64,000 nucleotides of DNA from Methanobacteriota archaeon. Its GTDB lineage: Archaea > Thermoplasmatota > Poseidoniia > Poseidoniales > Thalassarchaeaceae. Below, piece by piece: positions 22,051 to 31,100 of this stretch. The notes under the pieces were generated by a model, which saw only the letters and a program-made list of their open reading frames with translations, was not told the DNA's origin and did not search any database. Numbering within the stretch: the first letter of the stretch is position 1; the number at the start of each line of letters is the position of its first letter. Made by a program: the position numbers and the translations under genes. The stretch is taken from contig PBUX01000064.1 of the NCBI GenBank assembly GCA_002728565.1, positions 29,529 through 93,528 of the forward strand, read 5' to 3'.

Positions 22051-22602
22051 TTGATGACGCCTATGAGAGCTTCCGTATTATTAATCGCATCGTTCTTCGT
22101 AATGAACGGGTGTGCTCGAACAGTAATCACAGAAAACGACGTTACTGAGGAAGCACGGGGGATACATGGAGGCTGGGTAGTCTCCGAGTGGGTCATGCCG
22201 GAAAATGAAGTTATGGCCATGCCTGCTGAGCACGGACTGTTCTTGTTTACGGAATCTGGCCATTACAGCATGATGTGGGTTCCATCAGCAGACAGGCCGA
22301 TTCTCCCAACCCCGTCCGAGGAGGCTTCAGACGCCCAACTAGCAGAAGCCTACATGGGTTTTATTGCTAATTCGGGGCGGTATACTGCAACGGATGACAT
22401 GATTACCTATGAGGCGTACATAGCTAGAGATCCGGAGTATATGTCGCGTTTCGAGCCAATGGGTGGAGAAGGGAATGCTCGGAGCCTTAACTACATGCTA
22501 AACGAGGATGGCACCCTTACGTTGGAATTTATAGCAGAGGATGAATATGGAGCAGGTGTAGTGGCCACTCTCAGACGACCGGGTAGTGCAAGTCAGGACT
22601 AG
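22051..22602 (+). CDS. Hypothetical lipoprotein (possibly lipocalin-like)
   Basis: Signal peptide with a lipobox-like VMNGC. No confident family assignment. Confidence 0.5.
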   Translation: MMTPMRASVLLIASFFVMNGCARTVITENDVTEEARGIHGGWVVSEWVMPENEVMAMPAEHGLFLFTESGHYSMMWVPSADRPILPTPSEEASDAQLAEAYMGFIANSGRYTATDDMITYEAYIARDPEYMSRFEPMGGEGNARSLNYMLNEDGTLTLEFIAEDEYGAGVVATLRRPGSASQD

Positions 22603-22616
22603 CTAGCCTAAGTGGG

Positions 22617-22666
22617 ACAATGGAGATCTCGCCTGGCCTAGTGTGGCCGGGCGAGATCTCCATTGT
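22617..22666 (+). terminator. Long, near-perfect 50-nt hairpin after the lipoprotein gene (putative terminator or palindromic element)
   Basis: ACAATGGAGATCTCGCC…GGCGAGATCTCCATTGT arms around a short loop, followed by a U-rich 'tctaaatt'. Confidence 0.4.
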
Positions 22667-22837
22667 TCTAAATTGACATAGTTTGTTCGTAGATGATGGG
22701 CACTTTAGCTTGCATCTAGGGCGATGTGATGCATTGCGCCTCGTGTCCCTAGAGCAGAAGGGCCTTGACCCCTCTCGATACTCTGTGCAACGTGCCCGCT
22801 TCATCTTTCGCGCATTTCACGCTACTCCCGAACGAGA

Positions 22838-23338
22838 TTGAGCATAATGAAGGAGCCACTGGTCGGTGTCGTAATGGGCTCCAAGTCCGATTGGCCCACT
22901 ATGTCGCACACGGTTTCCACTCTAGAGAGTATGGGGATCCCATGTGAAGTTAAGGTGATGTCGGCACACCGCACTCCTGATGTGGTTTCGGAGTATGCGT
23001 CAACCGCCGCAGGGCGAGGAGTTGAAGTGCTTATCGCAGCTGCGGGTGGGGCCGCTCACTTGGCGGGTGTCGTTGCTTCGAAAACGACACTCCCAGTATT
23101 AGGGGTGCCAATGGTCGCCTGGTCGCTAGATGGCTTGGATTCACTACTTTCCACAGTACAAATGCCACGTGGAGTGCCAGTTGGTACCCTGGCAATCGGG
23201 AAAGCTGGAGCGGTGAATGCAGCGATTTTTGCAGGACAGATTCTTGGCCTCAAACACCCTGAAATTAGCGCTGCTGTTCAATCAGATAGGTCGGAACGTC
23301 AGCGCCAAGCTCTGGCTGACTCAGACCCACGCGACTAA
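22838..23338 (+). CDS. purE: N5-carboxyaminoimidazole ribonucleotide mutase
   Basis: Diagnostic 'VVMGSKSDW…' and 'AAGGAAHL' motifs. Confidence 0.9.
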   Translation: MSIMKEPLVGVVMGSKSDWPTMSHTVSTLESMGIPCEVKVMSAHRTPDVVSEYASTAAGRGVEVLIAAAGGAAHLAGVVASKTTLPVLGVPMVAWSLDGLDSLLSTVQMPRGVPVGTLAIGKAGAVNAAIFAGQILGLKHPEISAAVQSDRSERQRQALADSDPRD

Positions 23339-23400
23339 CTGCGGCCAGTAAAATAACCGGCGGATCATATCCGACGGTTTATGGCTGAAGAGAGCTACCC

Positions 23401-23877
23401 ATGCTTGAAGAAATCCGGACCAAAATTGAGCAAGAGATATCCAAGTTGATGCATGAATTGAACGTGGAGCTTCCAGTACGTATCAAGATTGCAATGGAGC
23501 ATGGGGATCTCCGTGAGAATGCAGAGTTCAAAGCAGCGAAAGAACGACAAGCTTTTGTTGAAGCCCGCCTCGACCATCTCACGACGCGGATGACTGAGTT
23601 GTCAAAGATTGACCTAAGTGATCTGTCATATGACAGGGTTGGCTTTGGATCCCGGGTGAAGATCCACGATGTCGAGTTGAAGGAAGATTTCAACTTTACG
23701 ATTACTGCAGGTGACTTCATCGATTTGGATGCGGGCCAGGTCTCGCTTGAGTCACCGATCGGTAGGGGACTCTTGGGAGCGAAGGAAGGAGAGGATGTGA
23801 CCATAAATCTCCCAGCTGGTAAGCGGCTCTATAAAGTTCTAGCTGTCTCAACACTTCCGCAGCAATTGGAAGACTGA
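23401..23877 (+). CDS. greA: Transcription elongation factor GreA
   Basis: 158 aa. N-terminal coiled coil with 'GDLRENAEF', and a C-terminal FKBP-like domain. Confidence 0.9.
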   Translation: MLEEIRTKIEQEISKLMHELNVELPVRIKIAMEHGDLRENAEFKAAKERQAFVEARLDHLTTRMTELSKIDLSDLSYDRVGFGSRVKIHDVELKEDFNFTITAGDFIDLDAGQVSLESPIGRGLLGAKEGEDVTINLPAGKRLYKVLAVSTLPQQLED

Positions 23878-23958
23878 ATCTGGCATAAAAAATAGGGTTG
23901 GGGGTCACTAGAGTTCTGCATTGGGATTATCCAGTCGAATCATCTCCAGCCAGGGAAT

Positions 23959-24546
23959 ATGTCTATGGTTAAGACCCCATCTACGATGTTAGATCTTGGC
24001 ACTCGAGCCCCTAGCTTTTCACTTCCGGACCCAGTTACTGGTCGCATAGTCTACAGGGATGATTTTGCTGATACCAAAGGACTATTGGTTGCCTTCCTGT
24101 GTAATCACTGCCCCTTCGTAAAGCATATTGCCGATGAGTTCTCTGCGTTTGCGGCTGAGTACCAAGAGAGGGGGCTTGCAATTGTAGCAATCAATTCTAA
24201 CGATATCGAAACCCATCCAGAGGACAGTCCTGGACAAATGGTCACCGAGGCAGGTAAGCGCGGGTACACGTTCCCGTATCTCCTGGATGAGTCGCAAGAG
24301 ATTGCCAAGTCCTATCGAGCTGCTTGCACCCCAGATTTTTTCTTGTTTGATAATGATTTCAGGCTCGTATACCGAGGCCAGTTTGATGCGAGCAGGCCTT
24401 CTCTTGAGGCGCCAGTTACAGGTACCGACCTTCGAAATGCTAGTGATGCAGTCCTCGCTGGAATTGCCCCTACAGACCTACAAATCCCGAGTCTGGGCTG
24501 CAATATCAAGTGGAAGCCTGGTAATGCTCCCGACTGGTTTGGATAA
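23959..24546 (+). CDS. Thioredoxin-fold (redoxin/AhpC-TSA-like) protein
   Basis: 'CNHCP' CxxC-type motif in a thioredoxin-like fold context. Confidence 0.7.
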   Translation: MSMVKTPSTMLDLGTRAPSFSLPDPVTGRIVYRDDFADTKGLLVAFLCNHCPFVKHIADEFSAFAAEYQERGLAIVAINSNDIETHPEDSPGQMVTEAGKRGYTFPYLLDESQEIAKSYRAACTPDFFLFDNDFRLVYRGQFDASRPSLEAPVTGTDLRNASDAVLAGIAPTDLQIPSLGCNIKWKPGNAPDWFG

Positions 24547-24584
24547 AAAAAAGACGCCACCGGAAGTGCTGAACCGGTGACGTC
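24545..24584 (-). terminator. Rho-independent terminator (minus strand)
   Basis: 11-bp GC-rich stem (GACGUCACCGG/CCGGUGGCGUC, one mismatch) followed by U8 on the minus strand. Confidence 0.5.
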
Positions 24585-24941
24585 TAATTGTCGCAGCCCG
24601 GCGCGATGCCGGGATACGGCGCAAACACAGCGATTTAGTTCAATTCAGTTTGGCTTTTAGGAGCCGATCCAGGGATCGCTTGCCCGTGCCAGGCTGGACA
24701 ATGTACTCGGAATAGACAAGGGATCACCTCCTTTTTCGGGTAAGACTTCGGGCGAAAGTTAAATCAAAACAACTGTTCCAACGCCGGCCATGATACTCAT
24801 CCAGAATCCTGATAGCAAGGATGATTCAAGACACTATCGATTGGGTGATTCATCTATCTCCTACGAGATACAGTATACCTGAAGTGGAGTAGTCAGTACG
24901 GCTACTAGATCTGAGATGAACTAGCTTCTACCGGCCGATAC

Positions 24942-25613
24942 TTAGGCGTCTTCATAGGCTCCGTACAATAACCAGAGGCTATAGATGACTGCGACAGAGA
25001 TCCAGGATATGCCCCATAGCAGAGCTGGTATACCAGTGAGTTCAGCGAGCATCCGAGCATCCGACAGGGCTTCTGGTCGGTCGAGCACGTCACCCTTTAT
25101 ATCGAGGATTGCGTAAAGCGCACTAGTGAGTCCAAGTACGAACAACACTCCCCGGTTTATTGCCTGCCCAGTTTTTTGTGCTGCCAAGATGAGAGCGACA
25201 CCGAATAGAAGGCCGAATACAAGGCCGAATTCGCTCCGAATGTACATTAGGCTTAGTACGATCACTGCTACCCCAATCAAGCTATTTATCCATCCCGTAT
25301 TAACCCTCTTCATTCGCGCAACTGAAAATATCAAGCCACCCCAGAGAAGGCTCCCGAGGTATCCAGCTGAAAGCGTGAAGAATGCATTGCCACCGGAGCA
25401 ATAACATGCACCTCCCTGTTCTGCATCCAGTGTGATCCTTTCGATTGATCCTCCGGTTGCTAGAGCTGCGATGCCGTGGCTGATCTCGTGGAGTAGCACT
25501 ACAAAGATTTTGAGCGGATATATCACCGGAGTATCCCACAGGAACCAAAGGCCCCCAAGAAATACTGCGAAAACAGACAAGAAACGGACTTTACGGACAA
25601 ATTTCGGTTTCAT
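24942..25613 (-). CDS. Integral membrane HExxH metalloprotease-like protein (M50B-like)
   Basis: Polytopic protein with an 'HEISHG' motif inside a TM segment. Confidence 0.55.
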   Translation of the reverse strand: MKPKFVRKVRFLSVFAVFLGGLWFLWDTPVIYPLKIFVVLLHEISHGIAALATGGSIERITLDAEQGGACYCSGGNAFFTLSAGYLGSLLWGGLIFSVARMKRVNTGWINSLIGVAVIVLSLMYIRSEFGLVFGLLFGVALILAAQKTGQAINRGVLFVLGLTSALYAILDIKGDVLDRPEALSDARMLAELTGIPALLWGISWISVAVIYSLWLLYGAYEDA

Positions 25614-25692
25614 CGGATATCACATTCTAAACGTCTCATACTGTGCAATGTTTCTTGATATATCTGCCGCGATGAGTTTTTGGTTTCTTCCA

Positions 25693-26754
25693 CTAACCCT
25701 GGGGCGATGAGAAAGTGAACTCATATTTGGCTCTCAGCATCGCATCGTGTTCAGCTAATTCATTCCGAGCAATCGTAGCATTCTGTGATGAACTTGCGAG
25801 AGCACCAAGAGCGGCGCTGGCGATTTCGGAAGTGCTTAGGCCATAGCGAAACCCTAAGGCTGTGGACCAGCGATAGGTGATGTCATCCCAATCCCGCTCG
25901 AATTCTATGATTTCCTCGGCCGGAACCTTGAGGTTTAGGCGAATAGCTTCGGCTAAAGCCATAGATTGCCGCACATTTCCAGTTACTCCGGTATCCTCCT
26001 CAAGCCAAGCTTGTAAGACTGCTGTCGGATCCTCGATGCGGTTAGCAATAGAGCGGGAAACCACTGAGCGTGCCTCGGGGAAAGGGACAATTTGCCGGTC
26101 CTCCAAGCGCAGGATGTGGTAGCCGTACTGCGTTTCTGTGACCGGACTGATCTCACCAGGTTGGAGGCTGAGAGCAGCAGCCCAGAATTCCGGGACCCAT
26201 GACCCTTCTCTTCCAGGTGTGAGAAGGCCTTCTCGTCCTTCGGCTCCAGGTTCCTCTGAGAGTTGCGACGCTATTTCGGCAAAGTCAGCACCCTCATACA
26301 GCAACTCCATCGCTCGTTCTGCCTTATCTCGCGCTTCCAACCGGTGTGGAGGCTCCCGCCAGCGTTCACTAAAAAACAGGATGTGGCGTACTGTGAGTTC
26401 CCATTCTGGATTGGTCAGGTAATGCGCCTCCAGTACTGCGTCATCAACACCGTTCTTTTTGAGCGTTAACTCAGCTGCAAGAATGTTGAGTAGCCGCTCA
26501 GTCTCCCATTTTTCAAGGAGTGGCTCACCTAGCTGACCTGTGCTGGAGTCTGCTACCGCGAGGGCGAGTGCAGTGAGTTGTGCAAGGGTTGTGCGGCGAG
26601 TTGGGGAAAGACCTAAGAGTTCGTCCTCCGTATATGAGATCGCCCCAACCGTGATGGCTGGTGGTGCGCTATCGCCACACGCACCGAAGACCGTCAGTAT
26701 CAAGATTACCAGACAAGATTGATTTGCCCGATGAAGTTGCGAGTAAGTCTTCAC
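25693..26754 (-). CDS. Secreted PpiC/parvulin-type peptidyl-prolyl isomerase (SurA/PrsA-like)
   Basis: Signal peptide, then a parvulin core '…ISPVTETQYGYHILRLE…'. Confidence 0.7.
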   Translation of the reverse strand: MKTYSQLHRANQSCLVILILTVFGACGDSAPPAITVGAISYTEDELLGLSPTRRTTLAQLTALALAVADSSTGQLGEPLLEKWETERLLNILAAELTLKKNGVDDAVLEAHYLTNPEWELTVRHILFFSERWREPPHRLEARDKAERAMELLYEGADFAEIASQLSEEPGAEGREGLLTPGREGSWVPEFWAAALSLQPGEISPVTETQYGYHILRLEDRQIVPFPEARSVVSRSIANRIEDPTAVLQAWLEEDTGVTGNVRQSMALAEAIRLNLKVPAEEIIEFERDWDDITYRWSTALGFRYGLSTSEIASAALGALASSSQNATIARNELAEHDAMLRAKYEFTFSSPQG

Positions 26755-28028
26755 CAGATCTTCATTGACGCTTCAAACAGCGATGTTAGATCCGATTCGT
26801 TTGCAGGCCGTGGTGAAAGCTTGGTCACCCGATGTTGGGGTAGGGTGCCTTCAACGAGTGCTGGAATGTCAGCAGTCGTATAACCGACTGCACCAAGACC
26901 ATTTGGGACATCTAAGATACGCATGAAATGAATCACACGATCAGCGAGTATTGCACCGGCGTCCTCAGCTGATGCTCTTGCTATGTCTGCTCCGAGGGCA
27001 GCAGCGGCCCGTAGATGTCTTTCGGGTGATGCAGGGGCCGTGAAGCGGACTACGGCCGGTGTATTTAGGATCACCGAGATCCCGTGGGGCACCATGGGAT
27101 GATCGACATCATAACCGGGTGGTATATAGCCAGAGACCATACCTGCTACTGGGTAGGACATACCGTGTGGGAGGTGCACGCCAGCATTCCCGAACCCGAT
27201 TCCTGCTAATGCTGCCGCTAGTAGCATTTGTTCTCGGGCCTCGACGTCTCCTGTGTCAGCAACTGCATTTGGCAGGAACTCAGCCATCAATTCGAGTGCA
27301 GTCAATGCCCAGATATCACTGATTGGATTTGAGCCCTGATAGGCAGGTCTCTCCAGAGGTCGTGGAGGCATCGGCCGCTCATTGAATGGCATCGCGGTAT
27401 ACGACTCGAGTGCGTGGCTTAAGACATCAAGACCGCTTGATGCTGCGACGGCTGGAGGAAGTGATACAGTATTATCAGGGTCAACAATACCCAGGGTAGG
27501 CTTCAGATGACGATGCGCGATTCCCGTTTTAGCGTGCTTTTCCACATAGTCAAAAATCGCAACACCTGTTGTCTCACTCCCGGTGCCTGCAGTTGTCGGT
27601 ACTGCTATGAGCGGCTTAAGAGGGCCAGGAACGGGTAAGCCTTTTCCAATCGGGGCGTTAACATAGTCGAAGAAGTCAGCGGGATGGGTTGAGTACAGAT
27701 TCGCGGCTTTCGCGGTATCAATCGCACTTCCACCACCAACCGCAACGACCGAGTCAAAATTCCCAGAGACTGCGAACTCAGATGCAGCCTTGAAACTGGA
27801 ATCTGTAGGTTCAACTGCGACAGCGTCAAAAACCCGGTAGTCAATTCCGTTCACTTCTAGTGACTCCAACACAGTTTCTCCAGCTGGAAGAGAGACTAGA
27901 GCAGGATCGATCACAACCATCGTCCGGCGCACATCCATCGCCACCAGGTCCATTCCGAGTTCATGGGTAATCCCGCGGCCGAATCGAATGTTCGAAGCCG
28001 CCATCTGGAAGGCTGTATCCTTTAACAT
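26751..28028 (-). CDS. Iron-containing alcohol dehydrogenase family (hydroxyacid-oxoacid transhydrogenase-like)
   Basis: 'GGGSAIDTAK' and 'PTTAGTGSE' Fe-ADH motifs. Its stop overlaps the downstream PPIase gene by 4 nt. Confidence 0.85.
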   Translation of the reverse strand: MLKDTAFQMAASNIRFGRGITHELGMDLVAMDVRRTMVVIDPALVSLPAGETVLESLEVNGIDYRVFDAVAVEPTDSSFKAASEFAVSGNFDSVVAVGGGSAIDTAKAANLYSTHPADFFDYVNAPIGKGLPVPGPLKPLIAVPTTAGTGSETTGVAIFDYVEKHAKTGIAHRHLKPTLGIVDPDNTVSLPPAVAASSGLDVLSHALESYTAMPFNERPMPPRPLERPAYQGSNPISDIWALTALELMAEFLPNAVADTGDVEAREQMLLAAALAGIGFGNAGVHLPHGMSYPVAGMVSGYIPPGYDVDHPMVPHGISVILNTPAVVRFTAPASPERHLRAAAALGADIARASAEDAGAILADRVIHFMRILDVPNGLGAVGYTTADIPALVEGTLPQHRVTKLSPRPANESDLTSLFEASMKIW

Positions 28029-28153
28029 CGCCTTGACTGTTCAGTGAATTGGGTCGAGAACGTGGCTCTCTGGCTCCACGTGTGCCAGGTTGGCCACATA
28101 AGAAATCTGATTCATCACAAGTCTGCTCTCAGATAACCAGGGGAGAGGAGAGG

Positions 28154-28921
28154 ATGGGAAAGCTCGCAGGGAAGGTGGCTTTAGTTACGGGTGCGAGTCG
28201 TGGAATAGGTCGTGCGACGGCTCAAGTACTCTCAGAAGCTGGTGCGCAAATCCTGGTCGTTCACCGTGATAGCGCAGCAGGTGCTGAAGAGACTGTGGAG
28301 GGCCTTTCTGGAAAGGGACACCGGGTCATTCAAGCATCCGTAACAGATTCAGATGCGCTCAGAGCTGCCGCTGCTTCGGTAGCACAGATTGAGGGCCGCT
28401 TAGATATCCTCGTAAACAATGCAGGTACGTCAAAAGTGGTACCCCATCGTGATCTTGAAGCGTTAGACGATGAACTTTTTGATTTGATTATGAGCACGAA
28501 TGTACGCGGTGCGTTTGCAGCAGTTCGGGCGTTTCAGTCACTTCTAGCAAATGATGGTGGTGGTCTAGTGGTAAATATTTCATCACTGGCTGCGCGAATG
28601 GCGAACGGAAGTAATGTGGCGTACTGCGCCTCTAAGGCTGCGATGGATAATATGACGATGTCTCTTGCTAGGGCCCTGGCACCTGAGATCAGGGTTATGT
28701 CCGTGGCCCCAGGGCTTGTGGATACTGAATTCACTCGGGGTTGGTCGCCCGAGGTACGTCAGAGAATGATTGGCGATACTCCTTTAGGACAGCTGGCAAG
28801 CGTCGATGATGTCGCGGAAGCAGTGCTGGTTGTCGCGGCATCACTTTGTATGACGACGGGGGCCGTTATTCCTGTAGATGGAGGACGACCCCTAGGCACA
28901 CAGAAGAAAGTGCATACGTGA
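28154..28921 (+). CDS. SDR family oxidoreductase
   Basis: 'TGASRGIGRA' Rossmann motif and a YxxxK catalytic pair. Start set at the ATG after GGAGAGGAG; the ORF extends upstream to 28049. Confidence 0.85.
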   Translation: MGKLAGKVALVTGASRGIGRATAQVLSEAGAQILVVHRDSAAGAEETVEGLSGKGHRVIQASVTDSDALRAAAASVAQIEGRLDILVNNAGTSKVVPHRDLEALDDELFDLIMSTNVRGAFAAVRAFQSLLANDGGGLVVNISSLAARMANGSNVAYCASKAAMDNMTMSLARALAPEIRVMSVAPGLVDTEFTRGWSPEVRQRMIGDTPLGQLASVDDVAEAVLVVAASLCMTTGAVIPVDGGRPLGTQKKVHT

Positions 28922-28982
28922 TGTCCCCTGAGTTTGCCTGTGGGGGTTGGACCGGGTGCGAGTTCAGCCCTAACGTTTATTC

Positions 28983-29714
28983 GTGACTCTAAACCTTCTT
29001 ATTCAGATTGAACCGCCTGGTGGGCTAACGGAGGCGCTTAGCCAGAGCCCGCTGTTGGCGATTGGGGCTATGTTTATCGCAGGGGTTCTTACCAGCCTAA
29101 CCCCCTGTGTTTACCCGATGATACCGATCACATCAGCTGTGATCGCTGGGACTGCAAGTGAGGGTCAGTCGAAGGCGCGGACGGTTGGCCTTACACTCAC
29201 CTACGCTGTTGGTCTGGCAATGCTGTATGCGATGCTTGGAGCAGTTGCTGGAGTCACCGGACAGCTTTTCGGGACGGTCAGTGCTAGTCCCTGGGCTCGT
29301 CTGGCCATAGGAAACTTCCTCGTAATTTTCGCTTTGGCGATGCTTGATGTTTTACCAATTCCTGTACCTCGGAAGTTGCTGGAGCGTGCTAGTCAGAGTG
29401 AAGGAGGATCCTACGGAGCAGTCTTTGTTATGGGTGCGATGTCTGGAGTTGTGGCAGCTCCGTGTGGAGCCCCAGCGTTTGCAGTTGCGCTTACCTGGGT
29501 GGCAGCGACTGGAGCGGGACTGATGGGTTTCGTTTACCTGTTCGTATTCTCATTCGGGATGACAGCGCTACTGATTGTGGTTGGCTTATTTTCTGGGACC
29601 TTGGCGCTTCTTCCGAATTCAGGAGCGTGGATGGTGTGGATAAAACGAGCCGCCGCTGTCATCATGATTGGGATGGCTGAATATTACTTTGTGCTAGCCG
29701 GCTACAACCTGTAG
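28983..29714 (+). CDS. ccdA: Cytochrome c-type biogenesis protein CcdA (DsbD-family thiol:disulfide transporter)
   Basis: Six TM helices with two membrane-embedded cysteines (TPCVYP…, APCGAP…). Confidence 0.85.
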   Translation: MTLNLLIQIEPPGGLTEALSQSPLLAIGAMFIAGVLTSLTPCVYPMIPITSAVIAGTASEGQSKARTVGLTLTYAVGLAMLYAMLGAVAGVTGQLFGTVSASPWARLAIGNFLVIFALAMLDVLPIPVPRKLLERASQSEGGSYGAVFVMGAMSGVVAAPCGAPAFAVALTWVAATGAGLMGFVYLFVFSFGMTALLIVVGLFSGTLALLPNSGAWMVWIKRAAAVIMIGMAEYYFVLAGYNL

Positions 29715-29722
29715 GGGAAACA

Positions 29723-30244
29723 ATGAGAGCAAATATCTCCATATTGCGACTGGCTATAATTGCAATAATTGCTGCGCCGGGACCGATTTGGGCACAGGTT
29801 GCCGGAGAGGGCTCTGTATCTCTTCCATTTGGGAGCGTGGCTCCTGGAGCAGCCCTGCAGGATCTGGAGGGCAACTCTGTCGATCTGATCGATTACATCA
29901 AAGGAAAACCGGCTCTCATCGAATTCTGGGCGAGTTGGTGCGAGCAGTGCGATGTGCTCCAACCACAGCTCGATCGTATCCAGGCAGAGCATGGTGAAGA
30001 GATTAAGATCGTTGCAGTGGCTGTTGGTGTCGCCCAAAGTTTGCGACGCGTGAAACGGCATTTCGAAGATCATAATCCTGGCTACCCATTCTTGTACGAT
30101 GCGCGCGGGGCAGCTGTTAGAGCGTATAATGCTCAGACCACATCGATCGTTGTAATGCTCGACAGTGACGGGAAGGTTGCTTACACCGGTGTCGGAACTT
30201 CCCAGGACTTGGTTGGGGCGGCTCAGGAGCTACTTAGACGTTAG
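29723..30244 (+). CDS. Periplasmic TlpA/ResA-like thiol:disulfide oxidoreductase
   Basis: Signal peptide plus a 'WASWCEQC' CxxC motif. Immediately downstream of ccdA. Confidence 0.8.
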   Translation: MRANISILRLAIIAIIAAPGPIWAQVAGEGSVSLPFGSVAPGAALQDLEGNSVDLIDYIKGKPALIEFWASWCEQCDVLQPQLDRIQAEHGEEIKIVAVAVGVAQSLRRVKRHFEDHNPGYPFLYDARGAAVRAYNAQTTSIVVMLDSDGKVAYTGVGTSQDLVGAAQELLRR

Positions 30245-30268
30245 CATCGAAGGTTTGAGTAATACCGA

Positions 30269-30322
30269 TAAGAACAGAGGGCCCCGACACACGGATAGGC
30301 GTCCATGTCGAGGCCCTCTGTA
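30269..30322. terminator. Putative bidirectional terminator hairpin between convergent genes
   Basis: ACAGAGGGCC…GGCCCTCTGT 10-bp stem with T-rich flanks, between the tlpA-like gene (+) and the peroxiredoxin gene (-). Confidence 0.35.
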
Positions 30323-30349
30323 TTTCTGCCGCGAACCTAGAAAATCTAG

Positions 30350-30976
30350 TTAGTTTCCTTCTGGTTCCGGGGTAACTCGGTCGATGACTTCAGCAAGATG
30401 TTCGTAAGCCATCGGATCATTCTGATTAAAGCTCTCGATTGTCTCCGCAATCCGGCCGTCTGGCCCGACCACAATTACTGCTCGGCTATCCACCATGTTG
30501 TTTGAGCGGAGACCTCCACCAAAGGCAGCGTAAGTACCACCATTGTTAGAGGCATCGCTGCCGAAGAGAAACGGAAAATCCGCATCTTTCAACCACGATC
30601 CGAGTTCACTTTGTGAGTCATTAGAAACGCCTATAAGCACAACGTTTCGTCCTTCATTGAAAAGGCTTGCGTACTGATCACGGTACGCTGTCATTTGGAC
30701 TGTTCAGCCAGGTGTCCTGACGCGGAAGAAGAACGCGAGGACAACCGTTTTGCCTCTGTAGTCACTCAGGCGGATTGGCTCTTGGAGTAACCCGTAACGG
30801 GTCGCTCCAGGTAGAGCAAAATCCGGGGCCATAGCACCAACAGCAAGGAGCCCCGAGTCCTGAGCGCTGGCTTCTGCCGGCGCGCCCATCGCGATCACTC
30901 CTGCAAGAAGACCAAGTGCGATCAATTTGCGCATCTGTGTCTGTCTCCCGGGTGTGAGGCTAATTCTAACGGTCAA
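30350..30976 (-). CDS. Periplasmic PrxQ/BCP-type peroxiredoxin with an in-frame UGA (putative selenocysteine) at the peroxidatic position
   Basis: Two same-frame ORFs (30704-30976 and 30350-30694) are separated only by a TGA at 30704-30706. Read-through gives ...VVLAFFFRVRTPG-U-TVQMTAYRD..., which aligns with E. coli Bcp ...[23 protein letters not shown]... A hairpin GCGUAC-N8-GUACGC lies 15 nt 3' of the UGA (plus-strand 30669-30688). Confidence 0.65.
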
Positions 30977-31100
30977 TATCGGTTGGCTTTGATCAGCGTG
31001 CCAGCCCCCTAGCTATGTAGGACTCGAACATTGATCACCCATCTTCAACTCTATTGACTAGGTCCGAGAGAGAGCTTTTACGATAGATCTGATATCAGGT

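Noticed and set aside
24716-24733. 13-nt exact match to the 16S rRNA 3' terminus (GGATCACCTCCTT)
   Set aside because: It is isolated, with no flanking rRNA-like sequence. It is better read as the reverse complement of a consensus Shine-Dalgarno (AAGGAGGTGATCC) on the minus strand.
30350-30976. Two separate small genes, or a frameshifted pseudogene, for the peroxiredoxin
   Set aside because: The two ORFs share a frame and are split only by a TGA that falls exactly on the conserved peroxidatic Cys codon, with a hairpin downstream. Sec read-through explains this more simply than a pseudogene.
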